From Proteromonas lacertae (lineage: Eukaryota), in NCBI GenBank assembly GCA_002245135.1, contig NGBS01000025.1:62001-102803 (forward strand): a stretch of 40,803 nucleotides of DNA, read 5' to 3'. Shown here piece after piece: positions 12,310 through 22,361 of this stretch (positions are counted from its first letter, which is position 1; each line of letters begins with the position of its first letter). The translations under genes and the position numbers were made by a program. The notes below the pieces were generated by a model, which saw nothing but the letters and a program-made list of their open reading frames with translations, was not told where the DNA came from and ran no database searches.

Positions 12310-13212
12310 ATGACGCTATTATTATTTATGTATATAATCCTATTGTTTGAGTTTATTTTTTATTGTAATAATTCAATTACTTATGTACAAATTTCAGCAG
12401 CATCATTATCATATTTTATATATTTACCAATTGTTGTACGAGCCTGGAATTTATTATCATATAGAACATTAATAATACTTTTATATCATAATTTGAGTAA
12501 AGAAATAATAAATATAAAACTTATTTTAACTAAAATAGGTTCAGAAGTGATATTGACAAAAATAAATGATTCAGTATCTCTTCATTATGCATCAAAACTA
12601 TCAAGAATTTATGGATTTATGGTTAGTATAAATTCAAAATATAATGATTATTTTTATATATCTGATGCTGATATGATTCCAATATCAAAATCATTTTTTG
12701 TAGATACTCATTATAATAAACTTACTATAAAATCATTTGGTCCAAAAGGATATGGTTATGGTAATAATAGAGGAAGATGGGCTATGTGTTATATGGTTGC
12801 AAATAAATTTGTATGGATAGATATACTTCAAAAAGATCTAAAAGAGAGAGAATTTAGTAAGCTTATATCATATAATATAATGAATATAATACAAAAAGGT
12901 GAAAAATATTATGAAAGCTTTTTATATGTTGATGAAGTATATTTAAGAGATAAAATAAAAGGCTGGAGTAGATTCAAATCTAATATACTCTTTCATCCCA
13001 GAAATTATAATAGAACTAGAATAGATAGATCAGAATGGCCAGTAAATATATCAAAAACTAATAAGAATAATATAATTGATATTCATCTTCCTAAACTACC
13101 AACTATAAAATATGAATTAATAAAAATGTGGGAAAGAAACATTATTCCTTTACAATATTATCTATTTAACACTGTACCATATGGAACAGACTACATAGAA
13201 AGTATTTTATAA
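12310..13212 (+). CDS. Putative glycosyltransferase-like protein (DxD)
   Basis: N-terminal TM; YLPIVVRAW, YISDADMIP, RWAMCY, RIDRSEW and DIHL motifs. Confidence 0.55.
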   Translation: MTLLLFMYIILLFEFIFYCNNSITYVQISAASLSYFIYLPIVVRAWNLLSYRTLIILLYHNLSKEIINIKLILTKIGSEVILTKINDSVSLHYASKLSRIYGFMVSINSKYNDYFYISDADMIPISKSFFVDTHYNKLTIKSFGPKGYGYGNNRGRWAMCYMVANKFVWIDILQKDLKEREFSKLISYNIMNIIQKGEKYYESFLYVDEVYLRDKIKGWSRFKSNILFHPRNYNRTRIDRSEWPVNISKTNKNNIIDIHLPKLPTIKYELIKMWERNIIPLQYYLFNTVPYGTDYIESIL

Positions 13213-13259
13213 ATAATAAAAGAAATTAACTATATATATGTATATAATGATATACATAT

Positions 13260-14078
13260 ATGTTAGTATTTTATATAACATTGTATTTTATTATTTTTTT
13301 TTTAATATTTTTGAAGAATATAAAATTAAAACTAAAATCAAAGTATGTAATAGTTACAGGTGCATCTGAAAGCCATGAATTATCGTTAATTCAATTCTTA
13401 TATTATTGTACAAAGCATTTAAAGAATGTAATTATTGTTGTTTGGGATTTAGGCTTTTCTAATAGCTTTATAAAATCAATGAAAGAAATTATAATAAATA
13501 ATGAAAATATAATATGTAAAAAGTTTATTTATTCTCAATATCCATCATACTTTAATATTAATATTCAAAGAGGTGAATATGCTTGGAAGCCTGTTATTAT
13601 TAAAAAAACATACTTTATGTATAAAAAAGACATTATATGGCTTGATTCTGGATGTATTATGACAAATAATTTAGATAAAGTAATTAGTGATATACACAAA
13701 TATCATTGTTGGTCTATTTTTTCAAGTGGAACAATAAAAAAATGGACTCATGTAGGTATGATAATATACTTTAACGTATCAAATAATATAACGATGAGAA
13801 AAGTATGTTCTGGGGGAGTAGTAGGTTTTAAGTGGAAATCAAAATTATCTAAAGTTATATTAGATAAATGGGTAGAATGTGCATATAATAAAAATTGTAT
13901 AGCACCATTAGGTTCAAATATAAGCAATCATAGGCAGGATCAAAGTGCACTATCAATATTACTATATAAATATAATATATTTGATAATTGCCCAATTAAT
14001 TATTATTCAATAACAACACATAGAGATTTAAATAATATAAATACAGCTAATTTATTGCTAAAGAAGTTAATAAGCTAA
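13260..14078 (+). CDS. DUF1647-family putative glycosyltransferase
   Basis: IVTGASESH, WDLG, EYAWKPVII, IIWLDSG and NHRQDQSALSILL motifs. Confidence 0.8.
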   Translation: MLVFYITLYFIIFFLIFLKNIKLKLKSKYVIVTGASESHELSLIQFLYYCTKHLKNVIIVVWDLGFSNSFIKSMKEIIINNENIICKKFIYSQYPSYFNINIQRGEYAWKPVIIKKTYFMYKKDIIWLDSGCIMTNNLDKVISDIHKYHCWSIFSSGTIKKWTHVGMIIYFNVSNNITMRKVCSGGVVGFKWKSKLSKVILDKWVECAYNKNCIAPLGSNISNHRQDQSALSILLYKYNIFDNCPINYYSITTHRDLNNINTANLLLKKLIS

Positions 14079-14112
14079 ATCTTAAAACTTTTGCATTTAT
14101 ACATATATATAA

Positions 14113-15191
14113 TTACTTGAAATAATTGAGATGAAGATAATTATGTCCTATATATTCTATATTATCATATTTGCACTTACTAAAATATGATCCAAAAAGA
14201 GAAAATGTGCTTCCTCTAGTTAGTATTAAGTATTCTGAATTTCTCATTATCATGATATCTTCAAGTGATTTATTTAAACATTCTATTTTTCTACTATGGC
14301 ATGGTAGATTATAATCAGTATATATTGATTTTCCTAATTCTTTTTTGATTTTATGCTTAACAAAATATGAATCAGAAAGCAATACCACTATATTTAGTTT
14401 GTTATTTTTAATTGTCTTAATTAATGATGATATTTCTGTAATGTTTAAATACCTTTTGAATGGTTCTTTATCTGCATCACCAACTCTTAAATGAATGGTA
14501 GAATACTTCAAATTCATTGATATATGAAATCTCTCTCTAAAATGTTGAATTATTATATTTCTATATTTTATTGATGGCTTTAAATATACTTCACATATCT
14601 TTTTATTAACTTCTCTAATTTTAAATGATAAGGTGTTATTATATGTATATAATAATCCCTTTGCTTTGAATAAATAATTAAATTCATAATTCTTTAATAT
14701 TTGTTCTGTAGAATACCAGTGTTTATCTGCTCCTATTATATCATTAGAAGATTTAATAGCTGCAACACCATCTGTAAAGAATGAGACATTAAAGAACTGA
14801 ATATAATAGTAATTTATAGGAAAATCAAAATAATTCCATAATAATTTCCATGAAACTATTATTACTATAAAGACTTCCATTATACTAAATAATGATCTAT
14901 TTGATAACAAAGATACGAGTATTGAACTAACAATTTGAAGTAATGAATTTCCTAATCCCTACAGAATATTAATATCAATACTCCCAAATGTACTTTATCA
15001 TAAAATACTTTTCCTTTACGAGTTATATAATAATCATGTGTTTGATATGCTTGATATTTTATGTTTATCAACAGACTTTCATAATAATTCTTTATGTTTT
15101 TATTACACTTGGTATAATTTATAACAATAATAAATATCGACATAAATAATGTTGTTACTATGTAGAGAAAATTCATTCTATATAATTTCAT
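14113..15191 (-). CDS. Fucosyltransferase-like (GT11/NodZ-type), 2 exons; intron 14959-14981
   Basis: A 23-nt GTATT..GTAG intron joins the TM exon to GLGNSL; HLRVGD, LLSDS and GSTFS motifs follow. Confidence 0.8.
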
Positions 15192-15193
15192 TT

Positions 15194-16590
15194 TTACCAA
15201 TGTTCTATATATTCATAGGTATTATCTGATTGTTTTATATTCCCATTTTCAAAAAATATAGAATTTGCTGACAAACCAACTGTGCTTCTTAATTCATCTA
15301 TCAATCTAATTACATTACTCTTTCTTGTTCCTGAAAAGCTATTACAATATAATGCTGCTTTTATATCAGCTATAAAGTTCAATGTCATTTCATCTCCTCT
15401 ATTTAGATTACCACTTAAACCGTCATTTTTTCTTAAAAATTTTAGATAAACAGTTTTAGCAATCTTTCTTTCATTAAAAAATAATGTAACATTAGGATCG
15501 TCAGTTGATAAATATATTTGTGTGTTACAGCCTGTAGTTAACTTGTGTATGTAATATGATGATATATAATCTTCCGAATTTAATAAAGTCATTTCTTTAT
15601 ATTTATCACCATGCCTTATCCATAAATTAAAACACCCTCTACTCAAATCTTTTCCCAATGATTTTCTTACAATATTGTTTGTTTCAATTTCCGTTCTTTT
15701 ATTCAACCTAAATATATAGGTAGAGCCTTGTATTCTCCAATAATGTATATATTTATTTCTATCTATTGGTGCTTCTTTTATTATTTGTATAATTTTATGT
15801 GGTATAATTTTTTTGTAAGTTTGAACATTTTCCACATATAAATGTTTTTCTGTCTGATTAATACTTACATATTCTTTAGAGTTTACTAAATCATAATATG
15901 ATAAACTACAGTTTGTTAATTGTTCTAAAAAACACAGCCAATTCAATTCTTTTAAGCAATATTTTCCATATGCTTTCAATGATTTAAAATAAGGATCAAT
16001 TATAGCAATCCGATTTGTTGATAGTGCTAATGACAAATAAGATGTGAATACGTGTATTTCTGCGCCATGCCCAGCACGAAATCCTTTTATTATTAAGTAT
16101 TTCTTATCAATACAATTCATAGGATGTTGATAATTATAAATATAAGACTGAACTTTATATGTATGTGTAATAATATTTCTAAAGTTAAATTTATTGTTAG
16201 GTATAAGTCTATAATACGATGAATCAGGAAAAGATCCTTCCACAGATATAATTTTGTTATAATTATTATTAGAGTACAATCTGTGGTAAAAAACAGAATT
16301 ATTTACTTTATATAAATTCATTTTCTTTAAAAAAATACAGAATTTGATATTGGTATTGATTAGCATATCATTCCATAAATCTTTTCCATATTTATAAGCA
16401 TTTATAGAATAATTTATACATTCTGATTTGTTATTGGATAAACATTCTTGATAAAAAGAATAAGAGTTATCACAATAATGTATGTCAATTATATTTAAGA
16501 AAAATATAACATATAATGCAAATATTGTATATATAAAGCCAATAAATAAACAATGAACAGTTATTATTAAAGATTTAAATGATATATAAT
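15194..16590 (-). CDS. alpha-1,6-fucosyltransferase-like (GT23/FUT8-type); frame open upstream of ATG 16366 through a TM segment
   Basis: QHPMNCIDKKYL, AGHGAEIH, WIRHGDKYKE, IYLSTDDP and GTRKSNVIRLIDELR motifs. Confidence 0.8.
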
Positions 16591-17602
16591 ATTATATTTC
16601 TTATACTATTTTCTTGTATTATTGCCTTTTATATTATTAAATATAACTCATATGTTTCTATAGTTACAAATATGAATAATATATTTTTAAATAGCATATA
16701 TTCTGTCAACACCTTTGTTACTGCTGGTTTAGGTAATAGATTAATGTCATTTGCAGGAATAATAGCTATTTCTATATATTTTGATTATAAGCCTAAAAGT
16801 ATTATGGTAGTTATATTAAATAGTTGAAAACTGGAACGAATTCAATATTTTCTATAATGTTCCTAACTATAATATAACAATTAGTAGCAACAAAAATGTT
16901 AAGAGATATATGATATGTCCATTTAATATAAGAATGATAGAAGAATTAAAAAGAGAAAAAGATTTATATTTCTGGTACATCTGGTGTGATACAATATCGA
17001 GTTTAATAACAAATAATAAATATTTAACGAAAATAAGTAGGTATATTCCTAAAACACAATTTGTGTCTAAATCAAATATAGTCTTTAATTTATATTATCA
17101 AATATTTAATTCACTTCTTCATATAAATAACAATATACAATCATCAATAAATCATTTCATTTATATGAATAATATTCATGATTATTTAGGAATTCAAATA
17201 AGGGTTGGCAATGCAGATTTAAAAGAAAAAGAATTTACTACAATTGATGATATATATATCATATTAAATTTGGCATCTAAACATAAAGAATATAGAAATT
17301 GGTTTTTAACAGGAGATTCTTATAAGCTTAAAATAGAATTGAAAAAGAAGTATAGCAATATTATCCTATATTCAATAAATAAAACAAAACATTATAATAT
17401 TTATAAAAATGACTCTACTATTGTAATAGAACATGAACTATTGTCAAAGTCCAAATTTTTTATTATATCAAAAAGCACTTTTGGTTTAACAGCTTTATTA
17501 AAATCTGGTATATTGATAAATAAAGGCATAAGAATAGGTTTTGAAATTAAAAATGGTAATATTTTTGATGTATATACATACTTCAATGATTTTTTAAAAT
17601 GA
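16579..17602 (+). CDS. Fucosyltransferase-like (GT11/GT37/NodZ-type), 2 exons; intron 16799-16823
   Basis: AGLGNRLMS in exon 1. A 25-nt GT..AG intron restores the frame to GIQIRVGN, FLTGDS and STFG. Confidence 0.8.
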
Positions 17603-17777
17603 TGAATAAATACTTCATCATTATTTATTTTTAAGTTGAATTTTCAAAAATCAAACATTTTGATATTTAATTTTATAGCAATTCTTCCAATAGTTAAATT
17701 TAAGGAAAATTATTTATTATTTATCTTAAATATAATTATGAGAATTTCATATAGTATATAAATGTGGCACAAAGTGT

Positions 17778-17825
17778 CAGAGTCCCAACGAGTTTTCTAG
17801 GGGTCTGTCCACTTCTAGATTTAGA
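17778..17825. repeat. Left copy of 48-bp imperfect direct repeat
   Basis: CAGAGTCCCAACGAGTTTTCTAGGGGTCTGTCCACTTCTAGATTTAGA; 39/48 identical, ungapped, to 20813-20860. Confidence 0.85.
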
Positions 17826-18063
17826 CCAATGTATAGCTATACTAGGTCCAATACCGAGAGAATCAGCACTTCCTTTTACTTGAAGGACACTGGTAAGTAC
17901 GACCTATGCATACGAAGCAGTGATTGTGAAGGTTATTCAACTCAAGTGTTCCTTCAACAAACACTTGATAGCAAGGTAATATCTCTTAACGATGTTACGG
18001 TCTTTTAATTACTTGTCTTCTTCTTCTACTATGATCTGTATCTGTATCTGGGGGTTCAGTTAC

Positions 18064-19308
18064 TTATACTATCTCGATGATCCCGTTCTCACTGATCTTT
18101 AACAACCTACCTGTCACGATGAAGAAGTAATGGGTAACATTCTTACTAGTGAGTGCATCGTTGTACATCTCAAAGGAGACCTTGATATCATTATCGAGAG
18201 GACGGCCACGCTGGTTCTTGATGTTGGTTAAGTCCGAGGTGGTAAAGTTAAGGATCTCAAGGAACTTCTCATTGAAGGGTAGGTCAATTGCCTGGTCATT
18301 GTAGCTACCCTTGATGAAGCTCTTCATGTGCTCGTAACTATTGTAAGTCTCCATGTTTTGGAAGTCAGGGTTGTAGTTAAAGTCATTGATCCACCACTTG
18401 AACTTAGAGGTCATCGCAGCAGGCAGAACATTACCTTCCTTATCATAGCATCAGTAAAGGATGAACTTTACGTAAGGTCCGATGGAACTATTGATATTGA
18501 AGGAGTAGTTGAAGCAGCTGGAGCTGTTACTTACTTGAGTTCTAACAACATGGACATCGTTGAAGTCCACAGGATTTGCAAGCAATGTCCTTGTTGTAGT
18601 TGGCCTTGAAGTAGATATCTCAAGACTTACCTTAGTCTCATCCTTTAGTGTAGCATCAACGATGTCCACCATCTTACCTTTGTCTTGCCATCGTATAGAG
18701 ATGTAAACCTTCTCCCCGAAGTAGACATCAATAGGAAGACTGAGGATGGTGTTAAACAACTCCTTGCAAGGGATCTTCATAAGCAAATCGAAGGCATCTC
18801 CATCTATTGTTTGTTAATAGTCATAATCATCATTAGCACCTCCCGTGAACTTCATTCCATTTTCAAGGACCTTACCTTTCTTATCAATCCAGACTCCATC
18901 GTAGTACATCCCATGATGAGCCATCTTACTTGCCTTACGCATAATCTTAGTCATGATACCTCGGAAGATCTCGTAATGCTCTTGAACCTTTAACAAGGAT
19001 ACTCCCGATTGATTGTAGACATGGATACTTCCAAGGACGAAGGTATCAGCTAAAATAACTTCCTTGAGACCAGCTGCTTCTACATATAGTCGATATTGTA
19101 AGTGGGACTTAGAGAAGTTTATAAAGTTATCCCCGGCAATCTCTAAGGTGACTTCATCGCTAAGACAATCCTTAGTAATCTCTATTCGTTGTACTTGACT
19201 TGCAACTAAAGGGATGAGTTGATCGAGAGCTACTTAGGGTTGCACTTCATCGATGAAGTCATGTTCCTGGGAGATGATGGAGGATGGACCAGTATGGATC
19301 TTACTCAT
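18064..19308 (-). pseudogene. Major capsid protein homologue (Polinton-like virus type), 414 codons with three in-frame stops
   Basis: ORFs 18996, 18786 and 18414 share one frame with ATG 19308. Stops lie at 19234-36 (TAA), 18814-16 (TAA) and 18451-53 (TGA). Colinear similarity blocks match 39807-40803. Confidence 0.75.
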
Positions 19309-19329
19309 TGTGATATTCAGGAGGTAATA

Positions 19330-20813
19330 AATCACTTTGGGAAATAATGCAATAGCATACTTACACTTTACGATAAGGCTTCTTGTTGAGTTCATTCTGT
19401 TGTCTCTTACTTAATCGAGCATACCCACAGGATTCCTTAAAGGACTTCTCTTGATTGAGTATGTTGAATAGAAAGTAGACTGATAAGAACCCGATGATAA
19501 TCAGCTTCTTGTAAGTTGCCTGTGACAAGTCCAGGTGATGTGCTATCCTGTTGATCTTAAGTAAGTACGGGACTCTTCCACTTGCACTAAATCTCTTGAG
19601 CTGTTGTAGTTGTTCTGAAAATTAAAGACTCCCAAGTACTGTCCATTGAAGTTCTGATATTCTTGGGAGATCAATAGATTGAGTTCATCTTTCACTTGGC
19701 TTCTTACTTCCTCGGGACACTCTTCTATGAACTCTTCATCATCATCATTGTCATCATTGTCAGTCTCTTTGGAATAGATGATTCCTTTACCTATCCTGAC
19801 TTTACTAGGAGCTGAGTCTGCTGTGTAGCTGTACTCGTATTGTGGTACATGATTACTTTGCCCTGAGTCTATCGGTAGTGTTGTGCTTGCTGGAGATGAT
19901 GAACCTGATGCAAGGTACACTGCTTCAAGAACTTCAGCTGCTCTAAGTACGTGGATCTTTGATTGTCTTGGATTGCATTTCCATGAACTCCATTGCCAGC
20001 TACGAGGTCTAAGTTGTTCTATCCTCCGATCTCTAAGCTTATGCTATCTACCATGGAGTTATTCATCTGGGTTAAGTTCTTGTTGCCTGATGCTTCTATC
20101 ACGTAGTTGACAACCTCTTGATACTTCTCCTTGAGCTCCTGGACTGATAGTTGATTCACCATCTCGTTCCTTAAGTAGCTGCTGGAATAGTTAACTCCTC
20201 CTAAGTTGATACTATCGGTGGTGACTTCTCCGATCATAGCTAATAGACCTCGCTTCATCTCCATCTCATTGTTAGGGATTACCATCACAGGTAAGCTTTG
20301 TTCCACGGGAAGAAAGCGCATCTCGACTCTTAGTTGTTGAACCATTATTCTTGCAATCCTCTTGTAATCATCTTGAGCACTTCCTGTTGCTGATCGGAAT
20401 AGAACTAGTTAATTCTCATATGGTTATCATATAAGTCATCAACTTCATCATACCACTCCTTAGATAAGTCTTCAAGGTGTAAGTCATTCGCTGGTTGTTG
20501 TGGACTGGAGATGTAATCTATTAGCTTATAGATGGTCATGGTAATTTGCTTAAGGAAAAGAATCATTGAGAATTGCTTATGCTCCGAAGGAGCTTAAGTA
20601 TGATATCAACATTGCCTGTTAATTGATGGCTCCACCTCTGGCTATTCCTCCACAGTGTTTTCTAAATCCTATCTTACGAGCAACGACAGCTACTTGTTGT
20701 TGTCCTAAGGCATCAGCAGCATTGTAAATGATCTTCTTGTCTTGTAGGAAGTAGACCCCGTAGGAGTAATCCTGTAGGCGTCTTATATAAATATGACTAT
20801 GGTACATTGTCAC
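19330..20813 (-). pseudogene. Degraded ORF(s) of unknown function upstream of the island capsid gene
   Basis: Consecutive fragments 20813-20619, 20345-20019 and 19920-19543 share the codon style of the capsid gene; includes an acidic DNDDNDDDEEF tract. Confidence 0.5.
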
Positions 20814-20860
20814 AGAGTTCTAACGAGTGTTCTTGAAGTCCGTCCCCTTCTAGATTCAGA
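20813..20860. repeat. Right copy of 48-bp imperfect direct repeat
   Basis: CAGAGTTCTAACGAGTGTTCTTGAAGTCCGTCCCCTTCTAGATTCAGA. Confidence 0.85.
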
Positions 20861-20994
20861 GTTGACCTTTACAAGGCCTTCATCGATGCAATCGATTTCT
20901 GTATAAATAAACAATATAAACATTAAATATAAAATGAAAGAAATGCTTATTAAATATCATTATAATGTGAATTACTATGTGATTGTAAAACTTC

Positions 20995-22059
20995 ATGAAA
21001 ACTAGAACTATATTCTATTTTTTCATATTTTCTTTAACAATTATGATTATTAGCTTAAATTGCAATCATTCATTAGATTTAATGATAATAATAGTTCCAT
21101 CAGATTCTTACTACATTTATATGATTAAGAATTTTTATATCACTAATATAATAAGATATAATCTCACTTATATGTTTAAAGTTGTAGCATTTACCTATAA
21201 TATGTATATATTATGCAAAGAAATGAATATTCCAGTTGATAAAATGGATAAATATATCTTAGAAGATAATAATTCATATAAAATAAATTCACCTAATTTT
21301 ATCAAAAAAACAAGATTAAAACATCCTATTGTGTATAAATATTTAAAAATGTATCAAATTGTACTATTTATTGATGCAGATATATATTTCTTTAAAAGTC
21401 CTTTGTTATTATTAAATTACTTTAACAAAGATTCAGAATTGATGATGCCTTGTGATAATAAAGCATGCACTATACTAAACTATGGATATTTGTTAATTAG
21501 AAATACGAAAAACGCTCTTAGATATATAGCTGAGCTTATATCTCTAGAAAAGAAATGTAAATTATATACGTGGGAATATGGGGAACAAGGAATTGCTAAT
21601 AAGCATTTACATTCAATACATTACTTAAAAATTCAGCGAATGCAGATAAATACATTTATGGATGGACTTAATTTCTTTAATAGTTATTCATTTAATTTTG
21701 ATATAACAAAAACAAAATTATTAGGATTTCATAATGATTTTACTATAGGTATTTATTCAAAATTGTATCGATTAAAAGAATTGAATCTTTATTTCTATGA
21801 TAATTACCAAAACATTAATGATTATAATTATTTATATTATATTGGAAAGACAAATTATAACATCAATATTACTTTAAAAATATTATCTTTCCTTGTGTAT
21901 CTAAGTAAAATGCTTAATAGAACCATTATATTACCAAGGTTTCAGTGTTTTAAGAAGAAATTTTGTACATTTGTTGATTTATTCAATTTAGAATGCTTCA
22001 GATCATGCAATATAAAATATGTAGAAAATATATCATTTTTGCTATATATTTGCTTTTAA
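20995..22059 (+). CDS. Nucleotide-diphospho-sugar transferase (GT77-like)
   Basis: N-terminal TM, VLFIDADIYFFKSP, LNYGYLLIR, EQG, KLYRLKELNL and LNRTIILPRFQC motifs; true 3' end uncertain. Confidence 0.75.
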   Translation: MKTRTIFYFFIFSLTIMIISLNCNHSLDLMIIIVPSDSYYIYMIKNFYITNIIRYNLTYMFKVVAFTYNMYILCKEMNIPVDKMDKYILEDNNSYKINSPNFIKKTRLKHPIVYKYLKMYQIVLFIDADIYFFKSPLLLLNYFNKDSELMMPCDNKACTILNYGYLLIRNTKNALRYIAELISLEKKCKLYTWEYGEQGIANKHLHSIHYLKIQRMQINTFMDGLNFFNSYSFNFDITKTKLLGFHNDFTIGIYSKLYRLKELNLYFYDNYQNINDYNYLYYIGKTNYNINITLKILSFLVYLSKMLNRTIILPRFQCFKKKFCTFVDLFNLECFRSCNIKYVENISFLLYICF

Positions 22060-22361
22060 AGTATCTTAACATTAGATAATCGAGATACAATCATATTTTA
22101 TCAAGCGTTAATCATAGTGTAACTTACATCAATAATTATCTTAATTTATCTAGTAATTATAAATCGCAAGTAATAGTGTTCAAAAAAATTGATATAAACA
22201 GTTGTAACTTTACATACAAATGTATTGTTAAAGATAACAATTGGCAAAAGAGATATACTAAATGTATATAACTATAAATTTATAAAAAGATACACTAAGA
22301 CAATTCTTTAAAAAATCATTATCATTAATATTAATTACAAGTTAGCTTGTATAATGTATAG

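Larger units (their letters stand above)
17764..20901 (-). mobile_element. 3.1-kb GC-rich endogenous viral island encoding a capsid-like gene
   Basis: Abrupt shift to about 40% GC (two hand-counted 60-nt lines gave 43% and 48%) versus about 20% in the flanks. All plausible coding is on the minus strand, and a 48-bp direct repeat lies near both ends. Confidence 0.8.

Noticed and set aside
18328..20110. Plus-strand ORFs 18328-18609, 18685-18993 and 19883-20110, plus other short ORFs (e.g. 2527, 3495, 5995, 28240, 32125, 37020)
   Set aside because: Antisense shadows of better-supported genes or of the MITE arm.
17764..20901. Initial idea that the GC-rich island is an endogenous RNA virus or LTR retrotransposon
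   Set aside because: No RdRp, RT or gag motifs; the main frame matches the DNA-virus capsid-like gene instead.
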